From: Chara braunii
Taxonomy: Eukaryota > Plantae > Charophyceae
Assembly: GCA_003427395.1 (NCBI GenBank)
Contig: BFEA01000004.1
Coordinates: 3,056,276-3,111,035, forward strand
DNA length: 54,760 nucleotides
Direction: 5' to 3'
A program made the position numbers and the translations under genes. Below are positions 13,445-25,232 of the stretch, piece after piece (within the stretch, counting starts at the first letter, position 1; each line of letters opens with the position of its first letter). The notes beneath the pieces are model-generated. The model was not told where the DNA came from, ran no database searches, and saw only the letters and a program-made list of their open reading frames with translations.

Positions 13445-15120
13445 TGCCAAACTCAGTTGGTAAGGCATGCAAGTGACATTCATGAGGTTTTGGGTTCAAT
13501 CCCATTGGCCTCATGTACCTTATTGGGTAAGCTTGACGCCCACCACCTAGAGAGATCAACAGAAAATTCCCACGAGAAATGAAAGTTGAAAAAACACACC
13601 ATAAAAAAAAAAAAAAATTATATTTATAAACTATCATTCCAATGTTCATCCAATTCTAGAATTTTCAGTTTTATTTGATAAGAGTTTCCCCTTCCAACTA
13701 CATCTATTTGTTCAAAATGTAATGAAAGTCTGAACGAGTTTATGAAATATTTTAATAAAACTTTCATTCTACTACAACAAATATTTCTAATTGAGATTGA
13801 ATTAACCTATTTATGATTGAAAATCCTTACTTAAAATGATATTCCAATTAAAATATTTCATGAATTCATCCAAACTTTCATTTCATCTGTAGCATGGGTT
13901 CAAATAAGAAGGGATACCCCATTCTTAGAATGAAAGTTTTTAAGTAAAACAAAATTTTTTAAAATTCGAATGACATTTTTTAAGATCAACAGAAAAAATT
14001 CTCATAATTAAATAATCATTCTATTGTAAAATTACATTCCAAATTTCAAACTTTTATTCAATCTTAAAAAATTTCATTCCAATTTTTTAAAAAAAATTCT
14101 TACTTGAAAACTTTCCTTCCAAGAATGGTGTAACAAATATCTTCTAATTTATATTGAATCAACCTATTTATGATTGAAAATCCTTACTTAAAATGACATT
14201 CCAATTAAAATATTTCATGAACTCATCAAAACTTTCATTCCATCTCTAGCATGTAGTTCAAATAAGAAGGGATACCCCATTCTTGGAAGGAAAGTTTTTA
14301 ATTAAGACGAATTTTTTTTAAACTCGAATGACATTTTTTAAGATCAACAGAAAAAATTATCATAATTAAATAATCATTCTGTAGTAAAAGTACATTCTAA
14401 ATTTTAAATTTTCATTCAATCTTAAAAAATGTCATTCCAACAATGGTGTATCCCTTCTTATTTGAAATTCATGCTAGAGATGGAATGAAAGGCTAGATGA
14501 GGTCATAAAATATTTTAATTAGACTATCATTCTAAGTAAATATTTTCAGTCATAAATAGGTTAATCTAATCTAAATTAGAAGATATTTGTTGTAATAGAA
14601 TGAAAGTTTAATTAAAACATTTCATAAACTCGTTCAGACTTTCATTCCGTCTTGAATAAATAGATGTAGTTAGAAGGGAAAACTCATATTTAGACGGAAA
14701 CATATCAAATAAAACTGAAAATTTTAGAATTGAACGAACATTAGAATGGTAATTTATAAATATGAAGGATTATTTTCTTTTACAATGTTTTTCAACTTTC
14801 ATTTCTCGTGGGAATTTTTATGTTGATGGAATGAAATTTTGAAATTCACAATGTAATTTTACTAAAGAATGATTGTTTGATTTTGGAATTTTTTTCTTTT
14901 GATGTCATTGGCCCCCCCAAGTGGCATTAAGCAGAGACTTCTGATGTCAATAGGGAAAGGGGACCGGAGGGGAGACACAGTGACTCACCCATCGAAGAAG
15001 TTCGGTTCTGATGCTAAAGGCTGACCCCTAACCGGTATTACCCACCTGCTGGTGGGTGGAGCTCCCACATGTTCCCTCGTTGGAGGCTTAAGCACGGACG
15101 TGGCTGCTACGGGGTTCCCT
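13445..15120 (+). mobile_element. tRNA-derived SINE interrupted by a MITE cluster (13557-14901)
   Basis: A-box-like actcagttggtaa and B-box gggttcaatccc. The body resumes at ~14903 and matches the reverse complement of 24920-25110 (e.g. gctacggggttccc). Confidence 0.75.
13557..14901. mobile_element. Nested CAAC...GTTG MITEs: outer copy 13557-14901, inverted inner copy 13987-14825, plus a ~360-bp tandem duplication over the junction
   Basis: Outer copy flanked at|...|at. Inner copy reads aagat|caacag...tgttg|atggaatg, whereas intact copies read aagatggaatg. The junction aagatcaacagaaaaaatt recurs at ~14340. Confidence 0.8.
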
Positions 15121-15133
15121 ACAATGCTATAAT

Positions 15134-15247
15134 CAAGGCAACCGGCGTTCGGGACGGGCAGAACGCCCGAACGTTTGGGACCCCTTGGGAATGCGTTCGG
15201 TGGTTCGGACCAAACGAGGACAAAAAAAAAAAAGAAAAAAAAAGTCA

Positions 15248-15279
<32 letters not shown>

Positions 15280-15885
15280 TCTTATAGAAAAAATAAATTA
15301 AACAAGATTTGTCGGAGCATTACATCCGAATTCCTTACCAAATTTAAAATAAAAATAAAATACGGAAAACAAATAATAATAGTCAAAATAAATAAAAATA
15401 AAAAGAGAATTAAACTTAGTAAGTGCGCGAGCATGTTTTCGACACCGCCATCTTTGGCGATTTTTCATTTTTTTTTTGGCATAGCTAAATGCCCTGAAAA
15501 TTTACAGATGCGTACTTCACATAATATAAAACCCACTAAAAAAGTTTCAAAAAATAATAAAATTGTTTAGATCCCGAACTAAAGTGAAAACAAAAAGTAA
15601 AAAGTGAAAAAATACATAAGCGAGCACGTTTTGACCCCGCCATCTTTGGCGATTTTAAATTCTTATTTGGCTGAGCAAAATAACTTGAAAATTTACAGGC
15701 ATGTACTTCACGTCATAGAGAACTCACAAAATAAAATAAAATAAAATAAAAATTATTTTTAGGCCCCGAAATAATTTTTGGCGGGGGCCGAATGCCATCG
15801 GGTTCGGACCCCGTACGGGACCCCGAATGCCCGTACGTACGGAGGTCTGCCCGGGGGCCTCCATACGTACGGGCTGGTGACCCTG
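15134..15885. mobile_element. hAT-type MITE
   Basis: Imperfect TIR caaggcaaccggc / gctggtgaccctg; perfect 8-bp TSD gctataat (15126-15133, 15886-15893). Confidence 0.8.
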
Positions 15886-16114
15886 GCTATAATGACAATA
15901 AAAACAAAGGCCTGAAAAATCGTCATGTCCAGATTCGACATGTAAGTGAATTTGTTGGACTTAAAAAATTAACCTTTTTTTTTTTTCTTTTTTTTCAATC
16001 GAAACGGTTTTTTAGGGCATCTGTTGAGTTTGGAACGATACAGAGAAGGCTTGCATGACCCATGTACAATAATGACATGCATAAATCAAAAAATTATCAA
16101 AATAAAACTAATAA

Positions 16115-16420
16115 CTAGGCTACCAGCCAGGTCGTCCGGGTCCCAGGTGGCCAGCCCGTGCAAGGATCAGGGAAGGTCTTAGCAAATAAAATAAAATAAA
16201 AACTAAAAAATAAAAATAAAAAAAAAACCTAAAAATCTGAAAAACAACTATGTTATGCATAAAAATAAACTGAACAACTTTTGCCTCAGGGTCACATCGA
16301 AGTTCTTCATAAAATTTAGAATACTAAAAATAAAATATAAAATTATTTTTTATATTTTTATATTTTTGTTTTTTTTTTGCCCGGCCGGACAAGTGACCCC
16401 GGGCCACTCTGGTAGCCTAG
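16115..16420. mobile_element. hAT-type MITE
   Basis: Perfect 12-bp TIR ctaggctaccag / ctggtagcctag; 8-bp TSD actaataa / aataataa (7/8). Confidence 0.8.
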
Positions 16421-16595
16421 AATAATAATATTAAAAAAATGAAAAGTTTTCGAAATGCCCTTGAAGTTTGCATTATTTGCGATTTACCCCTTTGATCACC
16501 GACTTACCCTGATATGCCCCTCTGACAGTGATTCAAGTTTTTAAAAAAAACTTGGCGTCGTTGGGGCCTGATACACAATATGCCCCTACTGGATA

Positions 16596-17244
16596 CAAAA
16601 AAAAAATTCCTACGACAAATGAAAGTTGAAAAACATTTCAAAAAAAAAAAAATCCTTCATATTTATAAATCATTCCAATGTTCGCCGAATTCTAAAATTT
16701 CTTGTTTTATTTGATAAGTTCCTCTCTAACAACCGAAAAATTCTCACGAGAATTTAAAGTTGAAAAAACAGTCCATTAAAAAAAATCCTTCATATTTATA
16801 AATTATCATTTTAATGTTCATCAAATTCTAAAATTTTCAGTTTTATTTGATAAGTTCTCGATTTAATATAAGTTTACCCTTCCAACTACATCTATTTGTT
16901 CAAGATAGAATGAAAGTCATGACGAGTTTATGAAATATTTTAATTAAATTTTCATTCTACTATAACAAATATCTTCTATTTTAAATTGGATTAATATATT
17001 TATGACTAGAATCCCTACTTAAAATGACAGTTCAATTAAAATATTTCATGAACTCATTCAGACTTTCATTTCATCTCTACCATGTACTCCAAATAAAAAG
17101 GGTTTATTCTTGGAATGAAAGTTTGTAAGTAATATGAAAATTTTAAAACTGGAATGACATTTTTAAAGATGAAATGAAAATGTAAAATTTAGAATGTAAC
17201 TTTACTATAGAATTATTATTTAATTCTGGAAAAAATTTATGTTG
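16596..17244 (+). mobile_element. CAAC...GTTG MITE: partial copy (16596-16729) followed by a full copy (16730-17244)
   Basis: Family body sequence; caaccgaaaaattctc ... aaaatttatgttg. Confidence 0.8.
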
Positions 17245-17958
17245 TAGCCGTTCAGTACAAGCACAAGAATTTTTCATATGCCTCTACCGGTACTGTGTAT
17301 CCTTTCGGTATGTCCTTTTGGTCGTTGACCCTCGGAGGGATGCTATCAGGGCACTTTTTTTGTGGCGTGTGTGTGTGTGAGAGAAAGAAAAAAAAAAAAA
17401 AATCTCCAACCTCACGGTTGGCCTCATGGTACTTCCATTGATAGAATGATAAAAACAAAATGAATCTACAGCTAGAACATGGAAATTTATACTACCACAC
17501 TTGTGTGGGGGGGGGGGAGGTTGGGGGGGGGGGGGGGGGGGGGGGGGGGACGGAGAGAGAGAGTGAGAGGCGTGGAAAAAGGGGAAGAACACTTACCTTC
17601 ACCAACGTACTCAGCAGACGTCCACGGCGGTAGTGAGTCGCAGTAGCTAAAGAATGCACTACACGGTGGATTGCAGCAGCGGACATGACATGGAGTGCAA
17701 CTTTTTTTTTTGCGCGGCGGCTTAGAAAAGTATGGGGGTTGAATTCAAATTTTTAGCGTCTCCCTGCTGGAGGGCATCTTGGGAAGATGAATCCCCCATA
17801 AAAGGGCAAATCGGACAGGGAGCAAGGGAAATAGCATCGTTGGTCGGGTAGGGGTATTCCAAAAAGTTGTGTCCCTCACTAACAGGGGTCTCGATGAAAG
17901 GTGACAGACTTAGGGGCATATCAGGGTAAGTCGGCCGTTGGAGGGGCAAATCGCAAAT

Positions 17959-18479
17959 CAACAAAAAAATTCTCATAAGAAATGGAAGTTGAAAAAATAT
18001 TCCATTAAAAAAAAATCCTTCATATTTAAAAATTATCATTCCAATATTCGTCCAATTAGAAAATTTTGAGTTTTATTTAATAAGTTTCGTTCCAAAATTG
18101 AGTTTCCCCTTCCAACTACATCTATTTGTTGAAGATGGAATAAAAGTCCGGACGAGTTCATGAAATATCTTCATTAAACTTTCATTCTACTGCGTCAAAT
18201 ATTTTCTAATTTAGATTGGATTGACCTATTTATGACTAAAAATCTTTATACAGAATGACAGTCCAATTAAAATATTTTATAAACTCCTTCAGACTTTCAT
18301 TCCATCTCTACCATGCAGTTCAAATAAGAAGGTATACCTCATTCTTGGAATGAAAGTTTTTAAGTAAGACAAAAAATTTTAAAAGTGGAATGACGTTTTT
18401 AAGATGGAATAAAAATTTGAAATTTAGAATGCAATTTTAGTATAGAATAATTATTTAATTTTGGGAATTTTTTCTGTTG
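17959..18479 (+). mobile_element. CAAC...GTTG MITE
   Basis: caacaaaaaaattctc ... gggaattttttctgttg, flanked at|...|at. Confidence 0.88.
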
Positions 18480-18900
18480 ATAAATGTCAACTCCAGAAGC
18501 TTTTCGAAAATTCCTCCCCCCCAAAAAAGAAACAGAACCTCCCTCACATCAAGTTCGGTAAAAACGGTGTGCAGGGAAATTCAAGGTTAAAAAAAAAAGG
18601 GTTGGGAATACCTTCTATACCCAGTCCCAGAGTCAAAATTGCATGTATACCCAGAATATCGTCTATGCAAGTTATTTGTTCATCCCAGAATGCTCAAAGT
18701 ATGTACATGCCTGAGCAAATTTTGCTCATACCTAATTTTCCCTTCACGGTTCCCACGTAGAAGCACAATTTTGTACTCTCCAAGGTACACATAATTTGCA
18801 CACCGGAAAAGTAGGGTAAGGGTCAGGTTATAGTATATTTGGACAGGGCTATAGACTTGAAGATTTGTTTGAATGATGTTTTTTGTTTTGACTTTTTTTT

Positions 18901-19431
18901 CAACAGAAAAATTCCCACGAGAAATAAAAGTTGAAAGAACATTCCAGAAAGAAAAAATTCTTCATATTTATAAATAATAATTTCAATGTTAATCCAATTC
19001 TTAAATTTTCAGCTTTATTTGATAAGTTATCGTTTAAATATGAGTTTTACCTTCTAACTACATTTATTTGTTCAAGGTGGAATGGAAGCCTGAAAGAGTT
19101 TATGAAATGTTTTAATTAAACTTTCGTTCTACTACAACAAATATCTTCTAATTCGTATTGGATGAACCTATTTATGACTGAAAATCCTTACTTGGAATGA
19201 CAGTCCAATTAAAATATTCCATGAACTCATTAAGATTTTGATTTCATCTCTAGCACCTGGCATGCAGTTCAAATAAGAAGGGATACCCCATTCTTAGAAG
19301 GAAAGTGTTCAAGTAAGACGATTTTTTTTTTTAAATTGCAATGACATTTTTCAAGATGGAATGAAAATTTAAAATTTAGAATGTAATTTTACTGTAGAAT
19401 GATTATTTAATTCTTGAAAATTTTTATGTTG
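18901..19431 (+). mobile_element. CAAC...GTTG MITE inserted in the 5' pseudo-LTR
   Basis: Absent from the 3' repeat copy at ~24315; flanked tt|...|tt. Confidence 0.88.
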
Positions 19432-20142
19432 TTGGTTTTTTATTCGTTTACCTTCGGTAGTGAAATATGACTGATTGCGAATATTGAGTTTTTTTGTTCG
19501 AGTCAGCCACCTGGGAATGCGTAGGACACCCATGATATAGCAGGTATTTGAGGGTTACTTTGAAAGGATTTTCTTTGCGATTTTTCGATCCAGTAACCTT
19601 ACTCGGAGTAGGACAATAAGAGAAGAGATACTACCGAGAAACCGATGGTACCACTGTGGGTTTTGCCGACACAGAACGTGTCGGTACGACTATAAGTACA
19701 GTCAGTACAATGAGTTAGTCCTCTTACGGTAGTTCGCAGTCCGCAAAACACTAATCTTTGATTAGCGATGGTGGTCGCAAACTTGGTCTGTCGGTTCGAG
19801 AGGAGGTTCTTGGGTTTGTGGCACGAGGTTGTACTATAATATCTCTGACGAATTGTAATGCACTTTTTTTTTTTTCTCATTTCATAGCTTCAGTTTGTGT
19901 GACCTTGTATCATCATACTCTTTTTAGTGCGAGTGTGAACTATTGCGGAGTAAAGTTACCGGAGTAAGTGAGCACGTTTTGGTTCATTGTTATGTTGAGA
20001 CGTTGTTACGATGATACTTTGGGTACTGCATCAACGAGACTTTGTATAACTTTAAGTGTCATCGTCACCTTTGAGATTTGTTGTTATTGGCTATCGAGGG
20101 CGATCTCTGTGTTGAGGTTGTTTTTGATGAAGTGTACTATCG

Positions 20143-21294
20143 ATGGCGTCTTATGTGACCATCGCGAGTACGATCGTGATGAGCACTGCAACTACGGAGG
20201 TGACCGATGACGGTATGGGAGCGACCACCGTGAAAACCGTGAGCATGGAGGGGACCGACGCAACTCTGAGCGAGGGAGAAGTCGAGGTCCTTTGACGTGC
20301 TACAACTGCAGGAAACATGGGCATTACACTAACCAATGTCCATATCCCCGCAGACAATCATCGACAGCAAATCGTGCTCGATCGATGTCGACCTTGGAAA
20401 TGCTAAGCGTGTTGCGTCAAACAACCCACAACAATCTAAAGTTGCGGAGATTGGGAGGAGCGTTGTTGCAGTTTGTCAGTATGTTGAGAATGAACAACAG
20501 AAGAGGGCAGCTAAGGAAAAGAGGAAGGCCGACCGCAAGGATGCAGCTGAACATTTGGAAGTCGAGCGGAGAGAAGCTGAGCTAAAAGAAAGGGGTAAGG
20601 AGGAGAAGTATCGACGGGAAGCTGAGCGAGTTGAAACATTGAAGAAGGAGATGGATATCAAGGTGGCGATGCAAGTGGATGAACTGCGTGAAAACGTGCG
20701 TGCCGGTATCAAACACGAGATACGTGATGCTATCAGTGAGTTGTGCATGGCGGTGACGAAAGAAAAACAGAAGCAAGTGTACCACGAGAGCAGTGATTCT
20801 GAAAGCAGCGCAAGCAACACTGAGACGAAGGAGCTAAGCACTACAACTCGCAACCTTTGTATTAAAGAGAAGCGGAAACGAGGGGAGGAACTTGTCTTCG
20901 AGGACAACCCTCTTATAAAGTTACCCCCGAAGTGTACACTGATTAAGGCGAGCAGACCTGCGAATCTAACAACAGGTTTCACACGATCGAAGACCAGGAA
21001 GACACCAAGTTTCATCAGGAAGAAGAAGATTCTAGCACTGTTGGAGCAGTCGGACGTCTGAAGTTTGAGAAACAAGTAATGCACGAATTGAAGTGCTTGG
21101 ATGCTTTGGTACTACAGAACGTGTATAAGAATGTAGGAATCCTTTACAACGGGAAGTTCGAAGCGATTTTTTATATAGCACCACAACGGACACGTTTCGC
21201 GTATGGCACTGGGGATGAGGATGAGGTTGGGACTTCAAATGAAGCTCGGCCAGAAGTCACGATGGTAAGTGATGATACCCAAAATCCAGTGTGA
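20143..21294 (+). pseudogene. gag-like ORF1 of the Penelope-like element (RD/RE-rich N-terminus, CX2CX4HX4C knuckle, coiled coil), disrupted
   Basis: TCYNCRKHGHYTNQCP at 20295-20342, followed by the E/K/R-rich helical ORF 20336..21061 and ORF 21079..21294. Confidence 0.75.
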
Positions 21295-21319
21295 AGAGGT
21301 TTCACGGTTCAGAATCTTT

Positions 21320-24086
21320 GGAATAGTGTCGATTGCCTTACTAATTGGAGAGGTTTTAACAGAGGTGTCGACGCCAAGGTCGAGGAATTGCTTAGACTAA
21401 CGATTGTACGCCTATCTATATCTGGGGTCTTTCGATGGAATCGGAAGTGTATGGAATCGTGGTTATGACTATTTGACTTGTATGAGACTGAGTTCATTAA
21501 TCTTTCTGAGTGTGTATAGATGGCGGTTTCCCCTTATTGCAAATCGCAGTATGTGGGAAAATCCACGAGACATCTCGATGTGCGTTCGAGCGAGCATACC
21601 TATGTTTTTCGTACTCATCGCCCGAACCATTTCTACAGGTGGCTTAACTCCTTTCGTATTGAGAAGCATGTACTCATCCCTATGGACTTTATTCATAGAG
21701 GTGAGATAGATAAACTTTAATTGGTATATATCAGTCAGTGGTCCCCCTAACTAAATACCTCAGGAATTAAGCCTAAGCGAAATGTTGGATGTCATAGTAA
21801 GGGCAGAAATGAGAGATCAAGGATGTCTTAGCAGCCTGCAGGGAATTATCGGACGGTTGCGCCGCTACGATTCCGGCAAAAAAACAGCGATGATTGGAAG
21901 CTTGATCTCTTCGAGATCGTATCCGAGTATCTAATGACTCACGTACCCCGGAGTTGTCGATTAGTGGTGGAAATCTATGGCATACACCGTGGAATAAGAT
22001 TTCGAGAGTTTTTGGTGCCTTTAAGATTATATGCGGTAACAAACTCGCTTTTTGAGGAACTGTAAAAAGGACTTCGAAAGGTTCTGATTTCTCTACTGAA
22101 GAATCCTAAAAGACTTTCTAGTTTTTTCAGTTGCGGTATGCATTTTAAGCTACGGGTGTATCGTGTTGTGAAAGACTTCTCGAAGAAGTCAACTGGAAAG
22201 TACCTTTGCAGATTATTGTCCCGAGTTTTCTTGGACAAATTCGACCTTAGTTTGAGCGCTGACTTGTTGATTCGAGTGAAGTATAATGACAAGATTAAAC
22301 TTGTTAAGTTACGTAAAGTAGTTAATGATTTGCTAATGACGTGTGATTTGCCTACTTGCTTTTCACAACGTGCACGTAGAAAAACCCATATCGTTTGGGA
22401 GAAAAACCGAATGGTAGGTGAGTTATAGCACAATCACCGGCTCTTTGCAGCCCGGGATGTGCTGACCTGCCAGTGTGCAGGCCTACCCTATCCGAGGAAG
22501 GATGGGCACATTCACTTTTGCTTGAGCAAGGAGATGATTGAACATCCTTTGTTAGTTAATGCTAACAATATTCCGAAGACTGAGATCTTTGATCAGATTA
22601 GCCTGTTGAAGTCGGAAGTCTGTGAAAGTTTCAGTAACTAGAGAAATCTTTGTGGTAAGGTACCTCAGGTGGATGATGAGGGATTGTTTGCTTGTGTTGT
22701 GAGAGATAGGGAAATCCAACCCAGTGCGCTCTCGATGAATGTCGTTATGGAAACTAAGAAGGTTTTTTATGGTCTTGTGTTAACACCCCTGGATCATAAC
22801 CTAGGCGAAACCGTGGTTATGTGGCCAATATTGTATTATGAGGCTATGATGATGGAGGCGTTCGTCCTGAATACGGGTTACAGGGTGGTTAAGGTCCACG
22901 ACAATGTTGTTCTGAGAGAGATTCGTGAAAACGTGGATGCGGCCGGAGTTAAATCTTTTGTCAGATGGGATAGGAAAGGTGGCATAAAATTCTCTTATGT
23001 TATTCTTAAATCTAAGGATTTGACCAGATACCGCCTTAACTGTCCTACGTGTATAGAACCTATGGTTCGCACGAGAAGAGTCGTAGCCAAGAGTTTGAAT
23101 TTCATGTTGACCAGATTACCATGCAAGTATGATTTTAATATGTCGGTCGTGTCTATGCTGACCACGAGACTGAAAACAATCAATGACAAGATTCAATGTT
23201 TGAGACGACCATCAGTGGCAGCATATTACTTTGATATAAAGGATATGTTCAACCATTTGCCACATCTTGAGATTGTCAAAGCTTTAAAGTGGGTTTTGGG
23301 TTTCCATCGTACGAAAGAACGTGAATTCGTGAGGGGAAACACCAGATGAACGAGTTGCTCCTTCGGTTTGACTAGTGGAGGTGACCATTGGTGACTCTTG
23401 CACTTTGATGATATCATGAAGTTCTTGCACATTGAACTAAGTCATACATATGCACATGCTACAAGGGTGTTGATCAGACAAGTTGTGGGTATCCCTATGG
23501 GAAAAAACACAAGCTTCTCGTTGACATGCTTAATGTGTGCTTACGCTGAATATAAATTTGTCACAGATTTGGGACGTTATGGTCGTCAAGTTTTTGGGAT
23601 TCGTTTGTTGAACGACGTGGTTTTGATTGCTGCATCTTCGTCAGGGAAACCCCTTGACTGGGTGGTGAACAAGTTTTTAGATGATTACCCAAAGAATTTA
23701 TATTTGAAAAAAAACGACGATGACTCAGGTTTGCTAGCATTTCTGGATTGCCAAGTTCGCTGCACACAGAATTACCCATATATTGAGTGTGTGCAGATTT
23801 CACAAAATGAGAATAGCTTGTGGACTACAGGCGATCTGGAGATTAAAAATGGACAGTCCTACTTGTCTTGGGGTAGTAAACAACAAAAGACCGCGACTAT
23901 CAACAACTATCTGCACAGCATTGACAAGAAGACCTCTATTCGAAGCCCAATCCTTGGAAGAGTGTTTTCTCAGTGACTTGAACTGAGACTAAAGGACTTC
24001 CTGATAAAAAAATTTATGCAAACTTGAGACGCTTCGCTTTCCGGAGGGATGAAGTCTGGAAGCAAATAGTCAAATTACTTGAGTAA
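21320..24086 (+). pseudogene. GIY-YIG endonuclease + reverse transcriptase ORF2 of the Penelope-like element, with stops and frameshifts
   Basis: CV*MAVSPYCKSQYVGKSTRHLDVRSSEH...HFYRWL...WSP*LN (GIY-YIG, ~21510-21760); linker TCQCAG..GH; RT motifs YFDIKDMF, RQVVGIPMG, degenerate IRLLNDV, LAFLD. Confidence 0.82.
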
Positions 24087-24919
24087 TTTTTTGAGTTACC
24101 TTGCTTAGGCAGTAATTTTCAAAGTTTGTCAGATTTAGTATTTGTGGTGAAACTTTTATATTTTTTTATATCAACACATTTTACCATTCGTTGCTGATCA
24201 CGAGACTCTGCTTAGTCGACGGAGGTTGTGTACTGTTGATTTGGATGGTAGTATATTTGGACAGGGCTATAGACTTGAAGATCTGTTTGAATGATGTTTT
24301 TTTGGTTTTGATTCGTTTTTGGTTTTTGATCCTTTTACCTTCGGTATAGGACTGATTGCGAATGTTGAGTTCTTTGGTTCGAGCCGGCCACCTATGAATG
24401 CTTAGGACACCTATGATGTAGTGGGTATTTGAGGGTTGCTTTGAAAGAATTTTCTTTGTGATTTTTGATCTGGTAACCTTACTCGGAGTAGGATGATAAG
24501 CGAAGAGATACTACCGAGGAACCGGTGGTACCACTGTGGGTTTTGGCGACACAGAACGAGCCGGTACGACTATAAGTATAGTCAGTACAATGAGTTAGTC
24601 CTCTTACGGTAATTCGTCGTCCGCAAAATGCTAATCTCTTATTAGCGTCAGTGGTCGCGAACTTGGTCTGTCGGTTCGAGAGGAGGTTATTGGGTTTGTG
24701 GCACGAGGTTGTACTGTAATATCTATGACGAATTGTACTGTACTTTTTTGCCTTTGTCATTTCATAGCTTCGGCTTGTGCGACCTTGTATCATCATACTC
24801 TGGTCCCCACCAGCAGTGCGTTTCGCATCTTTTTTTTTTTTTTTAATAAAAAAGAACTTTACACTTCTCTCAAATTCACCTTACCCTACCTACCTACCAC
24901 TACTGCGAATTGTAAGCAT

Positions 24920-25232
24920 ACGGGGAACCCCGTAGTAGCTAGAACCATGTTCACGGGAGAACATGCAGGGGCTGCTCCCAACGTGCAGGTGCGCGACACC
25001 GGCTAGGGGACAACCGGTAGCGTCGGGGACCATGCCAACATGTGCCTCCCCTCAGGTCCCCTCCCCTACGAACATCAACAGACTCTGCTCAATGTCGATC
25101 GGGGAATCTAGTGGTCTATCTCTAGGTGGCGGGCACCAAGCATGCCCAGGAAGGTACATGAGCCCAATGGAATGGGGATTGAACCCACGACCCCTGAATG
25201 CCACTTGCGAGCCTTACCAACTAAGTTAGGCC
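24920..25232 (-). mobile_element. tRNA-derived SINE, uninterrupted copy
   Basis: Minus strand begins ggcctaacttagttggtaagg...ggtcgtgggttcaatcccc (A/B boxes), then a body shared with 13445-15120. Confidence 0.78.

Larger units (their letters stand above)
16447..18510. mobile_element. Older non-autonomous element with long (~75 bp) inverted arms, carrying nested MITEs
   Basis: 16499-16521 is the exact reverse complement of 17912-17934. The similarity continues across the MITE at 17959-18479 out to ttttcgaaa. Confidence 0.6.
18831..24801 (+). mobile_element. Penelope-like retroelement (Chlamys/Naiad-type EN-before-RT order) with direct pseudo-LTRs
   Basis: ~550-bp direct repeats at 18831-19921 (split by a MITE) and 24249-24801, without TG...CA ends. 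Internal order is CCHC-knuckle ORF, GIY-YIG, then PLE-type RT. No protease, RNase H or integrase seen. Confidence 0.8.

Noticed and set aside
13445-13510. Functional tRNA genes here and at 25160-25232
   Set aside because: A/B boxes are present, but there is no convincing cloverleaf and a repeated non-tRNA body follows, so these are SINE heads.
18831-24801. LTR retrotransposon or DIRS element
   Set aside because: No TG...CA, PBS, protease, RNase H, integrase or tyrosine recombinase; it has GIY-YIG and a PLE-type RT instead.
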